This document shows, piece by piece, positions 8,747 through 19,072 of a DNA stretch of 64,000 bases. The stretch comes from Polyangiaceae bacterium (GTDB taxonomy: Bacteria > Myxococcota_A > Polyangia > Polyangiales > Polyangiaceae): NCBI GenBank assembly GCA_035063585.1, contig JAPSGB010000004.1, positions 1 to 64,000 of the forward strand. The letters run 5' to 3'. Both the position numbers and the translations under genes were made by a program. The notes below the pieces were generated by a model, which was not told the DNA's origin, ran no database searches, and was given only the letters and a program-made list of their open reading frames with translations. The stretch's first letter is position 1. Every line of letters begins with the position of its first letter.

Positions 8747-9886
8747 CTATTCTGCGACGTAGGGCTCGAGCAAATCCCGTGGCTCGAGCGACGGGGTGAT
8801 CACGCGGCGCGTCCACTCCGGGATGGTCACGCCGTCGATCTTCGAGTCGTAGAAGCTGAAGAGCGCGGTGTGCTGCTTGCCGTCGATGAAGAAGCGCGCA
8901 AACTGCTCGGGGTGCGCGGCGCGGAGCGCGTCGGTCTCTCGCATGAGGAGGTCGTGAAAGCCCGGGCCGCTCATGCCGAGGAAGAAGTTGCCGATGGTGT
9001 CATCCTCGTAGGCGCTGAACATCCCGACGCGGAGCGTGGGATCGTGGCTCATCGCCCAGCCGATGAGCGGCGTAAACTGGCCGTTCTTGCACTCCTCGCA
9101 GGAGGGAGGCACGAACTGATCGAACTTCCACTCCTCGCGCGCCTTGACGAACGTCTCGGGATCGTCGGGGTTCGTGAGCCCGGCACCAGCGTCGTTGATG
9201 ACCGAGAGCGGCGTGTGCGGATAGGCGAGCCGCACGACGGCGGTCCCCATCAGGGTGCCGTAGCCGCCGGCGCTCGAGCCCGCGAGCACGATGCTCTTCG
9301 GTGTCGGGAAGTCCTGGAGCGCGATGTCGATACCCGCCGACAGGTTCACGAGGCCGCGCTGGTGGCGCATTCCGTCCGGGCCGCCGAACTTCGGATCGAC
9401 GAGATCGTTGTCGCCCGAGAACACCGAGCCGTCGCAGTAACTGACGAACACCACGTCGTAGGAGCCGAGCGGGTTCTGCTCGGTGTTCCCGTCCGTCCAG
9501 CCGAGCGGGTAGATGCCGGTGCCCGCGGTAGAACTGGCGGCGCAGAGATCGCTCCAGCAAGCGCCGCCGCCCTGGAGATAGATGAGGAGGTTACGCGAGG
9601 TGCCGCGCCGCGAGAACACCCGAAAATCCGTGTTCAAGAGACAAATGGGGCCGTGCGCGGTCGAGCCCGGCTTCCAAATGTAGGACGTCGTGCCGCGCTC
9701 GTCGGACAGGACCTCGTCGGGGCGTGAGGTTCCTAGATACTTCCCGACCCCGACGTCGATGAGCTCTTGCTGCGCGGCGTCGTCGAAGCCGGGGCGCGGT
9801 CCGCTCGCACCCTCGAGCGGCTCGTCGGCGCCGCAGGCGTTGAGGGTCAGCGCGAGCCCGGCGAGCGCGATGGACGACTTCCGCAT
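8747..9886 (-). CDS. Pectinacetylesterase/Notum-family lipoprotein
   Basis: LTLNAC; IYLQGGGACWS, YCDGSVFSG, LAGSSAGGYG. Confidence 0.85.
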   Translation of the reverse strand: MRKSSIALAGLALTLNACGADEPLEGASGPRPGFDDAAQQELIDVGVGKYLGTSRPDEVLSDERGTTSYIWKPGSTAHGPICLLNTDFRVFSRRGTSRNLLIYLQGGGACWSDLCAASSTAGTGIYPLGWTDGNTEQNPLGSYDVVFVSYCDGSVFSGDNDLVDPKFGGPDGMRHQRGLVNLSAGIDIALQDFPTPKSIVLAGSSAGGYGTLMGTAVVRLAYPHTPLSVINDAGAGLTNPDDPETFVKAREEWKFDQFVPPSCEECKNGQFTPLIGWAMSHDPTLRVGMFSAYEDDTIGNFFLGMSGPGFHDLLMRETDALRAAHPEQFARFFIDGKQHTALFSFYDSKIDGVTIPEWTRRVITPSLEPRDLLEPYVAE

Positions 9887-10029
9887 CTTGGTGCCGCGAC
9901 TCTAGCACTCGAGCCCGCCGGTCGTCCGCTCGGTAACCAGGCTGCGCGCGGCAGAATCGTCGATTCGCGAGGCGCCGATGTGCGTGCGAGTGCGATGGTC
10001 GGTGCCCGCAGCTCTTCGAGGGGGGAGCC

Positions 10030-10830
10030 TCACCTCCCGGTGAACTTTGGCTGTCGCTTCTCGAGGAACGCCGTCACGGCCTCCCCGAGATCCTCCGAGG
10101 CGAGGAACGCGGCGTTCCAGGCGGCGACGTAGTCGAGCCCGTCGGCCACGCGCCGACCGCGCCCGAAATCGAGCACGCGCTTCACGCCGCGCACGGTGAT
10201 GGGTGCATTCTCTACGATCTGGGCGGCGGTCGACTCCGCCAGAGCCAGCAGCGACTCGTGATCGGGCGCGACGTCGTTCACGAGGCCGATTTCGCGGGCT
10301 CGCGCGGCGTCGATGTCGCGGCCAGTGAAGGCGAGCTCGCGCGCGTGTCCTTCCCCGACCACGCTCGGTAGCCGCTGCAGCGTGCCGAGATCTGCGACGA
10401 TCGCGATGCGCGTCTCACGCACGCTGAACCTCGCGTCACTCGCGGCGTAGCGGAGGTCGCAGGCGCAGGCGAGATCGATGCCGCCGCCGATGCACCAGCC
10501 GTGGATGGCGGCGATGACCGGCACCGGGCACGCGGCGACCGCGCTGAGGTAGCTCTGCAGACGCAGGATGGTCTGGTGGAGCGCGAGTCGTGGCCCGGCG
10601 AGCCCGCCCTGCACGCCGCTCCCGAGCTCAGCCATCGCGGCGCCGAGGTCGAGCCCGTAGGTGAAGTGCTGCTGGCTCGAGCGCACGATGACCGCGCGCA
10701 CCTCGGGATCGGCGGCGATCTCGTCGAACGCGGCGCCGAGCTCCTGGAAGAGCCGTGGCGGCATGGTCTTGACCTCGATGGTGACGGTCGTTACGTGCTC
10801 GCGGGAGGTGACGCTCAAGGTCTCCGGCAT
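10030..10830 (-). CDS. Enoyl-CoA hydratase/isomerase (ECH1-like crotonase)
   Basis: FTYGLDL, PVIAAIHGWCIGGGIDL, ADLGTLQRL, RELAFTGR. Confidence 0.9.
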   Translation of the reverse strand: MPETLSVTSREHVTTVTIEVKTMPPRLFQELGAAFDEIAADPEVRAVIVRSSQQHFTYGLDLGAAMAELGSGVQGGLAGPRLALHQTILRLQSYLSAVAACPVPVIAAIHGWCIGGGIDLACACDLRYAASDARFSVRETRIAIVADLGTLQRLPSVVGEGHARELAFTGRDIDAARAREIGLVNDVAPDHESLLALAESTAAQIVENAPITVRGVKRVLDFGRGRRVADGLDYVAAWNAAFLASEDLGEAVTAFLEKRQPKFTGR

Positions 10831-10889
10831 GCGCGCGAGCATGCCTCGAAATCGGGGCCGGTCGCCGACGAAAGTGGGCCCCGGCCGGG

Positions 10890-11867
10890 TCAGCCCCGGG
10901 GCAGGAGCGCGGTGAGCCCCTGCACCAGCCGACGCTTGCCGCGCCTCCAGGCCGCTCGAGCGAGGCGCGCCGCGAGCGCGTCGGAGGGCGGCACGACCTC
11001 GACCGAGTCTCCGAGCGCGACGCGCCCCGGTCTCGCCACCCGCGCGTAGACTCCGAGGCAGCGCTCGGCGTGCGCGGCGATGGTCTTGATGATGCGCGGC
11101 TCCGCCGCGAGGCCAGGCTGCGGGCGGGTCGGCATCGCGCAGCGCACCGTCGGCGTCACCACGCTCGCCCGGAGCGTGCCGGCCTCGAGCGAGCCGCCGC
11201 ACCAGCCGAGCTCGACCGGCTCGGCGCGTCCGGGCGTCTCGATGAGGAGGTTGGGGCGGAAGCGGCGCACGTCGAACTCGCACGCCGGGGCGAGCGCGCG
11301 CATCGCCGCGAGGCTCGCGGTCGTGAGCACGTGGAGCGGGAACGCGTCGAAATACGTACCGCGCGGCGTGGCGCTGAAGCTGAGCTCCGCGAGGAGCGCG
11401 AGCGGGAGCGTCGAGAGATCGGGGAGCGACTCACTCGGCGCGACGCCGAAGAGCTCGCGGAGGGAGCGCTGGTTCGCCTGGTTCGCGTGGTAGTGCGCGC
11501 CGTCGCGCGCCGGTGCGAGCGAGGTGAGCGCGACGCGTCTGCCCACGAAGTCGGAGAGGTGCCGGTCGAGGTCGGCGTCACCGCTCCGGACGTGGCGACC
11601 GTCGGGGAAGCGAAGCTCGACCGGCGGCACGCGCCGCGGCGCCTCGCCGGCGCGCGGCTCTTCCAGGTAGCGCGCCTCGATGAGCATCAGGCGTGGCAGC
11701 TTCTTGGCGCTCGTGAGCTCTCCGCGCTCGAGATCGCGCACCGCCCAGAGACGGTCACCTACTGCGCCGCGACGCTCGAGCTCGAGCTCCCGCCGACGCT
11801 CGCCCCCCAGCGACTTCACGGGGAACCGCCAGAGCTCCTTGATCGTGCCGACGCGCGTACGAGCCAC
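10890..11867 (-). CDS. MOSC domain protein
   Basis: LWRFPVKSLGGE, GDRLWA, RRFRPNL, RCAMPT, LGVYARV. Confidence 0.9.
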   Translation of the reverse strand: MARTRVGTIKELWRFPVKSLGGERRRELELERRGAVGDRLWAVRDLERGELTSAKKLPRLMLIEARYLEEPRAGEAPRRVPPVELRFPDGRHVRSGDADLDRHLSDFVGRRVALTSLAPARDGAHYHANQANQRSLRELFGVAPSESLPDLSTLPLALLAELSFSATPRGTYFDAFPLHVLTTASLAAMRALAPACEFDVRRFRPNLLIETPGRAEPVELGWCGGSLEAGTLRASVVTPTVRCAMPTRPQPGLAAEPRIIKTIAAHAERCLGVYARVARPGRVALGDSVEVVPPSDALAARLARAAWRRGKRRLVQGLTALLPRG

Positions 11868-11947
11868 GCCCGAGCCTAGGCGATCTCAGCGCTCGCGCGC
11901 GAGCGCCGCGCGCATCATCGCCGGCCCGCGCGCCGCACCCGCCCCCG

Positions 11948-13903
11948 TTAGTGATCCGCCCACTTCTGCACGACGGCCATCTGCACCTCGCCGTCGAAGA
12001 AGAAGCGTTGGCTAGCCGGAGCGGCGCCGTCCTGCGGATCGGCTCCGAGCAGCAGCCGACTTCCGTTGATGGACACCCCCGCGGTGACCGGCCCGGCGGT
12101 CGTCGAAGCATCGGCGCTGTTGTCGATCCAGAGCCACACCGAGCCATTGCCATCGTAGGCGCCGGTCACGATGAACGAGCGCGTGGTGTCGAGCGCGGTG
12201 ATCGGCGCGGTCGCGTACCAGTACTGGCCCTGCGCGAACACGGCGAAACGCAGGACACCGGGGACGCCCGCGCCCTTGTAGAGCTCGAGCGAGAACGAGC
12301 CGGCGTCAGCCTTGCCGAGGATCACCGCGGTGTCACCAGCCTTCGGGGTGAGGGAGCCGAACTTGACCACGGCCGACACGAGATAGCCGGCGTTCGGGTC
12401 GTTGTTCATGTTGTTCGGGAAGGGGAGGTACGCCTGCTTCGAGGAGTCGAACGAGAGCACCGTGCCGAAGAGGCTCGACCCGGACGCTCGCGTGACGAAC
12501 GAGGGACGCTCGGCGCCGCCAACCGGCGTGATCTGGGAGAGCGAGTTCGCTCGCTGCCAGCTGAGGCTCCCGCTCGATTCCTTCTGCCGTGCCGTGTTGA
12601 AGTAGAGGACTCCGTTGGCGTCGGCGACCACCGCGCGGGCCCGGATCACCGGGTAGTCGCTGGTGATCACGTCGACCTCGTCTCGCATGCTCGCGACGAA
12701 CACCTCGCCGAACGTGACCGGGATGGTCCACAGGTTCACCCCGAGATCGAGGCTGCGCGCGTACGCGAGCGCGCCGAAGAGATTCCGCGTCCGGTACTCG
12801 AATTCGACGCCGTGCATCCCCGCGCCGCGCACCGACGAGATGCGGTTCTGGAGCGCGGCGATGTCGTTGCCGTCGCCGCCCCCGTAGAGGACGTGCAAGC
12901 GCACGTAGGGGCGAAGCCCGGCATACTTCGCACGGCCGAGGAGCTTGCGAGCGATGCGGAGGTTGTCCGCGATCGCGTCGAAGGCGCGGAGCACCACCGG
13001 GCGACCCGATTTTCCGTAGCCGTTCGCGACCAGGAGATCCAGCACCGCTCCGATGAATGCGTCGGTCGGCGCCGTCTCCTTGCTCTCGATGAAGAGGATC
13101 TGATCTCCAGACTTCAGCGCCGCGTCTGCGAGCACGTCCGCGAACTTCGGGCCCACGATGGCGGCGCCGTCGTCGTGCTGCACGTAGACGGTACCGCCGG
13201 TCTCGCGGATATCGAGCTCGATGAAGTCCGCGCCGTCCGCCTGCGCCTGGTGCACCTTGGCGAGCGTGTCGGCGAGCGCGGTCGCGCCGGTCGACGCGTA
13301 GCAGTTGTGACACGAGAGCCCGGTCGGGTGACCGTAGGGAGTCTTCGGGAGCGCGCGAGCGATGCCGGTCGCGTAGGGCTGGCCATCGCAGGCGACATTC
13401 GAGGTGTCGTCCGTCCAGGCCGCGGGAGCGAGCGCCGGCAGACACGCCTGACAAGGGTCGCTCGGGTTCGGAGCGCCGGACTCGACGCAGCTCCCGCCGA
13501 TCGAGCAGGCGTCTGCGCCGCAGGGGTTCGCCGCGCCGCCCGCGCCTCCGCTGCCCGCGCCTCCGCTGCCCGCGCCCCCGCTGCCCGCGCCCCCGCTGCC
13601 CGCGCCCCCGCCGGCTGCTCCGCCGACGCCGCCGGCGCCTCCGCTCGAGGGACCACCCGCGCTCGCATCGGGAGAGCCACCGGCGCCCGGCCAGCCGGCG
13701 CTACCCGAGTCGGAACCGCCGAAGCCCGCGGCACCGGCGACGCCACTGTCGGGGTGCGCGGTCGAGCCGTCCGGGGTTCGCGAGCTCGCCGCGTCGTCCG
13801 TCGTTCCAACCGCGCACGCAGCCACGACGAGGGGCGCCGCGTAGAGCGCCGGGTGGCGAATGAGGTGAAGAAAAGTTCCCGTCACGAGCGGCGAGTCTAG
13901 CAT
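11948..13903 (-). CDS. Secreted PLC-like/GDPD phosphodiesterase with C-terminal LamG-like domain (start uncertain)
   Basis: VVAAC lipobox, GGAGS repeats, CHNCY, GADFIELDI, IESK, WTI, DVITSDYP; LamG-like TGAYDG..LWID...LLLGAD..FFDGEV. Confidence 0.7.
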   Translation of the reverse strand: MLDSPLVTGTFLHLIRHPALYAAPLVVAACAVGTTDDAASSRTPDGSTAHPDSGVAGAAGFGGSDSGSAGWPGAGGSPDASAGGPSSGGAGGVGGAAGGGAGSGGAGSGGAGSGGAGSGGAGGAANPCGADACSIGGSCVESGAPNPSDPCQACLPALAPAAWTDDTSNVACDGQPYATGIARALPKTPYGHPTGLSCHNCYASTGATALADTLAKVHQAQADGADFIELDIRETGGTVYVQHDDGAAIVGPKFADVLADAALKSGDQILFIESKETAPTDAFIGAVLDLLVANGYGKSGRPVVLRAFDAIADNLRIARKLLGRAKYAGLRPYVRLHVLYGGGDGNDIAALQNRISSVRGAGMHGVEFEYRTRNLFGALAYARSLDLGVNLWTIPVTFGEVFVASMRDEVDVITSDYPVIRARAVVADANGVLYFNTARQKESSGSLSWQRANSLSQITPVGGAERPSFVTRASGSSLFGTVLSFDSSKQAYLPFPNNMNNDPNAGYLVSAVVKFGSLTPKAGDTAVILGKADAGSFSLELYKGAGVPGVLRFAVFAQGQYWYATAPITALDTTRSFIVTGAYDGNGSVWLWIDNSADASTTAGPVTAGVSINGSRLLLGADPQDGAAPASQRFFFDGEVQMAVVQKWADH

Positions 13904-14011
13904 GTAAACGAGGAGCACGGCCCGCGAGCGAGGGCGCGAAGGGGAGACAATTTCGAGGCGTTCGCCGGCCGTGATAATGTAAAGGGCGAGCAGCTCGCGA
14001 AATTGGCGGCC

Positions 14012-14950
14012 ATGGTCGGCGACGACAAGTACTACGACGACGACGGCGGGGAGCGCACCGCGATCGTCAGCCTCGCGGAGCTCCGGCGGGGCGCGGCGAC
14101 CGCGCCGCGAGACCGCCACCTGCTCATCCGCGTGCAGGGCACCGAGCTCGGTCAGGTCCTCGCGCTGACCGCGAGCGCCTACACCTTCGGTCGCAGCGCC
14201 GAGTCGGATCTCTGGGTGAATGACACCGGGATGAGCCGCCGGCACGCGCGCCTGGTCCGAGACGGCGACGGGTACGTGCTCGAGGATCTCGAGTCCGCCA
14301 ACGGGACCTTCGTGCAAGGCGAGCGCGTGACCCAGCGGCGGCTCCGCGACGGAGACACCATCCAGCTCGGGCCGCGGGTCGCCTTCAGATATTCGCTCAC
14401 CGACGTCGACGAGGAGGGCGCGCTCCGCAGGCTCTACGAGGCCAGCGTGAAGGACGCGCTCACCGGCGCGTGCAATCGTGAGCACCTCGATGAGCGGCTC
14501 AAGGCGGAGGTGTCCTACGCGCGTCGGCATCACGCCGCGCTCTCGCTCATCATGCTCGATCTCGACCACTTCAAGCGAGTGAACGACACCCACGGCCACC
14601 CGGCAGGGGACGCGGTGCTCGTCGAGGCGAGCGCGCGGATCCGGCGTGATCTGCGCGCCGAGGACATCTTCGCGCGCTACGGGGGCGAGGAATTCGTGGT
14701 CATCTTGCGCGGCATCGAGCTCGAGAACGCGGCCCGGGTCGCCGAACGGCTCAGGCGAATCATCGCCGCAGCGCCGGTATCCTTCGAGCAGACGCTCATC
14801 GCGGTGACCGGGAGCTTCGGGGTCGCATCGCTCGGTGAGCTCGCCGAGCCGAGCCCGGAGGCGCTCATCGCGGCCGCCGATCATCGGCTGTACGCCGCCA
14901 AGCGCTCCGGGCGGGATCGCGTGGTGAGCGAGGGCCGCGCTCAGAGTTGA
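14012..14950 (+). CDS. FHA-GGDEF diguanylate cyclase
   Basis: FHA GR...SRRHA...SANGTFV; DLDHFKRVNDTHGHPAGD; RAED I-site; RYGGEEF. Confidence 0.95.
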   Translation: MVGDDKYYDDDGGERTAIVSLAELRRGAATAPRDRHLLIRVQGTELGQVLALTASAYTFGRSAESDLWVNDTGMSRRHARLVRDGDGYVLEDLESANGTFVQGERVTQRRLRDGDTIQLGPRVAFRYSLTDVDEEGALRRLYEASVKDALTGACNREHLDERLKAEVSYARRHHAALSLIMLDLDHFKRVNDTHGHPAGDAVLVEASARIRRDLRAEDIFARYGGEEFVVILRGIELENAARVAERLRRIIAAAPVSFEQTLIAVTGSFGVASLGELAEPSPEALIAAADHRLYAAKRSGRDRVVSEGRAQS

Positions 14951-15744
14951 CCACTGCGGTGCGCGAGCGCCACGAGGTGGGCCGCGAGATCCGTCTCGCC
15001 TGCGTTGCTCCGCGCCACCGCGCCGGCGCTGAGCGACGAGATCTCCGCCCGGCGGCGCGCAGCGAGCAGGTGCTCGCTATAGAGCGTACCTGGCGCCCAG
15101 GCGCGAAGCGCCTCGAGCAACCGGCGAAAGTTCTCGATGGTAGTGGGCGCCACGCGTGCGCCGAGCCCGCCGTAGCGGAGGCGCGACTCGCAGAAGAAGA
15201 TCGGCTCCGCTCCGTCGTGATGAAAGAGATAGAGCACCCGCTCCCGCTCGCTCGACTCACGATGCTCCCGGTTCACGACTGCCTTCGAGAACGACAGCCC
15301 GCCGGTGAGCGCGGCGCGACCGAGGCTGAGCTTGCGCGTTCGGGTCTCGATGGTCTGCTCCGCGTCGCCGTCGTGCGTGGCGCACACCAGCGCGAGCGCG
15401 CGCTCCGCTCGGAGCCGCCGCTCGCCGCGCGCGGGCGCGGAGACGACGAGCACGGGCGGCGCGCGGGGCGCCGCGTCGAAGGAGAAATCACGCGGCGCGA
15501 ACATCGCGCTCGAGCTCACCACCGCCGTCTCGTCGCAGGCGACCGCGCCGTGACCGCGCGCGCGGAGCCGGGCGAGCGCGTCCGTGGCGCGGTCGCGGTC
15601 ATCGGTGCGCGCGATGACGAGCGGGAGCGGGCCGGCGAGCACGAGCCGCGCGTCGTAGGCGTTCCGGCCGAGCAGCGGCGCCAGCGCGGCGAGCTCGGGC
15701 TCGCGCGGCCCCTCGGCCCAGCGCGTCAGCGCGACGACGTACAC
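14941..15744 (-). CDS. Hypothetical protein
   Basis: 267-aa ORF with typical codon bias; no recognised motif. Confidence 0.65.
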   Translation of the reverse strand: MYVVALTRWAEGPREPELAALAPLLGRNAYDARLVLAGPLPLVIARTDDRDRATDALARLRARGHGAVACDETAVVSSSAMFAPRDFSFDAAPRAPPVLVVSAPARGERRLRAERALALVCATHDGDAEQTIETRTRKLSLGRAALTGGLSFSKAVVNREHRESSERERVLYLFHHDGAEPIFFCESRLRYGGLGARVAPTTIENFRRLLEALRAWAPGTLYSEHLLAARRRAEISSLSAGAVARSNAGETDLAAHLVALAHRSGQL

Positions 15745-15771
15745 GCCGTGAGCTTACGCCGCGGCCGCGCC

Positions 15772-15855
15772 GCGCGGCCAGCGCGCCGCACCGACACTCC
15801 TTCCGCTGCTCAGGCGCGGCCAGCGCGCCGCACCGACACTCCCTCCGCTGCTCAG
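15772..15855. repeat. 42-bp tandem duplication (one mismatch) at the 3' end of the lipid-kinase gene
   Basis: gcgcggccagcgcgccgcaccgacactccYtccgctgctcag x2. Confidence 0.95.
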
Positions 15856-16883
15856 GCGCTGCCGAGCGCGCGCCAGTCGAGCAGGTTCACCCGCTCGCTC
15901 GCGAGCGCGTACTCGACGGTAGTCTTGTGCTCGGTGCGATCGCCACCGATCTGAAACGGCACCGGGTGCGAGAAGGTGGCCTGGCAGCGATCGACCAGCC
16001 ACGAGTGCATCTTCGGAGTACCGATCGCGCCGCGCCACAGCTCGCGCATCCGGAGCGTCGCCTCGATGGCGCTTCCCGAGTAGACGCGCATGCAGAAGCG
16101 ACCGGGCATCCTGCCCGCGTGCGGGAAGGCGCGGAACCCGAAGCCCCACTCGGGCGTGGTGCCCGCCGCGCACACGCTGGTCGGCCCGCGGTAGAGCACC
16201 TGGCCGTGCTCCCCGCCGGGGAGCGGGCGGACCATGCCCGCGTCGTCGACGAAATAGGCGTCGGAGCCGGTGTTCACGAGCTCGACCTCGGTGCGCGGCC
16301 CGCCGAAGTGACGCGGGATCGTGCGCGTGAACATGCCGTAGAGGTAGCCCGCGAGCCCCTGGCGCATCCGGCGCGGGATGAAGCTCACCGCCTGCTTCTG
16401 CTCGTGGAAATCGTCGATCATCTCGGCGTCCCAGCCGGTGCCGGCGAAATGCGCGAGGGTGCCGTCGATCTCGAGCAGCTCGAAGAGCTTCACGGGGAGC
16501 GCGCCGAGCGGGATCGAGCCGAGCGCCTGGACGGCGCGGCGCAGGCGCGGCGCGCCCATGACCCGCGCCCAAGCGTTGCCGGTGCCGAGCGGGAGCAGCC
16601 CGAGCGGCGTCTCGGGCGCGCCGCCCTCGGCGAGCCAGGGCACGCTCACGCCGGCGCGCGCGGCCTCGCGCGAGGCGTTCAAGAGCCCGATGGCGGTGCC
16701 ATCTCCGCCCGCGGAGATGACCACGCGCGGCCGCTCGCGCGACAGCTCGCGAACGAAGCCCGCGGTGTCCTCGAGCGAGCGCGAGGTGAGGATGCGCGCG
16801 CTCGGCAGCGCGGCCCGCGAGAGCGCCGCTGCGGCTTGACCGCCACGCCGGGCCCGCGTGTTCACCACGACGGCGATACTCAC
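15852..16883 (-). CDS. Diacylglycerol/sphingosine kinase-family lipid kinase
   Basis: VVVN, SAGGDGT, LPLGTGNAWA, GTGWDA, FQIGGD. Confidence 0.85.
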   Translation of the reverse strand: MSIAVVVNTRARRGGQAAAALSRAALPSARILTSRSLEDTAGFVRELSRERPRVVISAGGDGTAIGLLNASREAARAGVSVPWLAEGGAPETPLGLLPLGTGNAWARVMGAPRLRRAVQALGSIPLGALPVKLFELLEIDGTLAHFAGTGWDAEMIDDFHEQKQAVSFIPRRMRQGLAGYLYGMFTRTIPRHFGGPRTEVELVNTGSDAYFVDDAGMVRPLPGGEHGQVLYRGPTSVCAAGTTPEWGFGFRAFPHAGRMPGRFCMRVYSGSAIEATLRMRELWRGAIGTPKMHSWLVDRCQATFSHPVPFQIGGDRTEHKTTVEYALASERVNLLDWRALGSA

Positions 16884-17030
16884 GATCCGGCAACCTAAGT
16901 CGCTTCCGAGCGCGCGACTGTCAGAAAACCGTCACGGCACGCGACGCGTCGTGTCAATTTGCCGGGACCCGGGCTTGACGAAGCCCGCGATAGGAGCGAG
17001 ACCGGGGTCTCCGAGAGAAAGCACCCGACG

Positions 17031-17531
17031 ATGACCGACTACGACTTCAAGCTGGGCCGACTCGAGCGAAGAGACCAGGGTTTCGAGGGGCGCCTCGAGC
17101 GCGTGCTCGCGCACCCGCCGGCGGCGGTGTGGCGCATGCTCACCGAGCCGAGCGGGCTCGCCAAATGGCTCGCGCCGGGGACCATCGAGCTGAAAGAGGG
17201 GGGCGCGGTCCACATCGATTTCGCCGACAGCGGCCGCGTCATCGATAGCAGGGTGACCGAGTGTGAGCCCGAGCGGCTGCTCGTCTACTCGTGGAGCAGC
17301 GGGCAGGAGCCTGAGCGTCCGATGCGGTGGGAGCTCGCGCCCGCCGGCGAAGCGACCCGGCTCACGCTCACGGTGACGCTCCCGGCGGACGACGACGCCG
17401 CGAAGTCCTGCGCCGGGTTCGACGGGCACCTCGAGATGCTGGCCGCGGCGCTCGAGGGGATCCCCGTGAAGTTCCCGTTTCAGATCTACAAGGACGCGCG
17501 CGCGGGCTACCAGGCGATGCTCGACGGGTAG
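17031..17531 (+). CDS. SRPBCC/AHSA1-like domain protein
   Basis: ERVLAHPPAAVWRMLTEP..LAKW; EPERLLVYSW. Confidence 0.85.
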   Translation: MTDYDFKLGRLERRDQGFEGRLERVLAHPPAAVWRMLTEPSGLAKWLAPGTIELKEGGAVHIDFADSGRVIDSRVTECEPERLLVYSWSSGQEPERPMRWELAPAGEATRLTLTVTLPADDDAAKSCAGFDGHLEMLAAALEGIPVKFPFQIYKDARAGYQAMLDG

Positions 17532-17544
17532 CCGTCCGCGCGCG

Positions 17545-18861
17545 TCAGGGCCCCTCGTGCTCCTCGGGGCGCTCGATCACGAACCACCGCTCGCCGAGGT
17601 TCCGAGGAGCGAAGTGCACGCGGATCCCCGCCTCGCGCGCGGCGCCAACCGCGCAAGCGACGGTCGCGAGCAGGCAGATCGCGCCCGAGACCCACATCGC
17701 GGCCGGCGCGCCCCACAGCTCGGTGACGCCACCGATGAAGGTGGCGCCGAGCGGGGTGCCGCCCGCGAGCACCAGCATGTAGAGCGACATCACCCGCCCG
17801 CGCACCTGGGCGTCGGTCGAGAGCTGCACGGTGGCGTTCGCCATCGCGTTGAAGCCGATGGCGAGCATGCCGCACGGCGCGAGGAGCAGCATGAAGAGCG
17901 GCACCGCGCGGACGAAGCCCAAGATGAGCATGGAGAGCGAGAAGAGCGCCGCCACCGTGAACAGGAAGCCGAGTCGCACCGTCGCTCGCCGCGCCGCGAG
18001 GAGCGCCCCGGCGAGCGAGCCCACGGCGAGCGTGGCGTTCAACCACCCGTAGAGGCTCGCCGTCGAGGCGAAGGTGAGCTTCGCGTAGGCCGAGAGGATG
18101 ATGGCGAAGTTGAAGCCGAAGGTTCCGATGAAGAACACGAGCGCGATGAGCCACTTCAGCTCCGGCCGCGCCCAGACGTACCGCAAGCCCTCCCGGATCT
18201 GTCCCGACTGACGCGCGGCGCGCGGCACGGCCTGCATGAGCCTCGGGTCGATCCTGAGGAGCGCCGCGATCATCGCGAGGAAGCTCACCGCGTTCACCGC
18301 GAAGGCCCAGCCGGAGCCGCTGGCGGCGATCATGACGCCGGCCACCGCCGGCCCGACCAGCCGCGCGAGCTGGAAGCTCCCCGAGTTCAGCGACACGGCA
18401 TTCCGCACCAGCCGCGCCGGCACCAGCTCGTTCACGAACACCTGGCGCGCGGGGTTGTCGACCACCGTGACCAGTCCGAGCAGGAACGCGACCGCGTAGA
18501 CGTGCCAGACCGCGACCGCGCCAGCCAACGTCACCACGGCGAGCCCGGCGGCGAGGAGCCCCATGACGGCCTGCGTGACGAAGAGGAGCCGCCGCTTCTC
18601 ATAGCGATCGGCCACCACGCCACCGTAGAGCCCGAACAGCATGAGCGGCAGGAACTGGAGCGCCATGGTGACGCCGACCGCGAACGGCGAACGGGTGAGC
18701 TCGAGCACCAGCCAGTCTTGCGCGATGCGCTGCATCCAGGTGCCGATGTTCGAGATGACCGCGCCCCAGAAGTAGAGCCGATAGTTTCGCTCGCGGAGCG
18801 CGGCGAAGGTCGCGACGCGAGCGGGCGCCGCCGGCGGCGCGGGAGCCCCGGCGGCGGGCAT
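17545..18861 (-). CDS. MFS transporter (start uncertain)
   Basis: About 12 TM segments; GGVVADRYEKRRLL; DNPARQ; RGRVMSLY. Confidence 0.9.
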   Translation of the reverse strand: MPAAGAPAPPAAPARVATFAALRERNYRLYFWGAVISNIGTWMQRIAQDWLVLELTRSPFAVGVTMALQFLPLMLFGLYGGVVADRYEKRRLLFVTQAVMGLLAAGLAVVTLAGAVAVWHVYAVAFLLGLVTVVDNPARQVFVNELVPARLVRNAVSLNSGSFQLARLVGPAVAGVMIAASGSGWAFAVNAVSFLAMIAALLRIDPRLMQAVPRAARQSGQIREGLRYVWARPELKWLIALVFFIGTFGFNFAIILSAYAKLTFASTASLYGWLNATLAVGSLAGALLAARRATVRLGFLFTVAALFSLSMLILGFVRAVPLFMLLLAPCGMLAIGFNAMANATVQLSTDAQVRGRVMSLYMLVLAGGTPLGATFIGGVTELWGAPAAMWVSGAICLLATVACAVGAAREAGIRVHFAPRNLGERWFVIERPEEHEGP

Positions 18862-19072
18862 GCTCACCCGAGCGCCCGCCGTCATGCCCGGGGTCGCGCG
18901 ACCGATCGCGCGGGGCGCTCCGATGACCACGGGGCCAGGCGCGCTCTCGGCTCTTCATACCGATCCGTCATCGGGGAGGACCGCTCAGGGCTCATCTCGG
19001 GGTCGTGACGCCGGAATGATGGAGCCGCCGGACGGAAGGGCAAGGGGCTCCCGCCGAGGCGCCGAGAAAGCC

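Noticed and set aside
13300..13320. CHNCY as a heme c motif
   Set aside because: It is CxxCY, not CxxCH, and sits at the phosphodiesterase catalytic His position.
11948..14884. 978-aa ORF as a single protein; similarly the extended ORFs 1250-2818, 31861-34770, 32944-34956 and 40405-43098
   Set aside because: The N-terminal extensions are antisense or off-frame shadows of neighbouring real genes, common at high GC; starts were trimmed to signal-peptide or RBS-supported codons.
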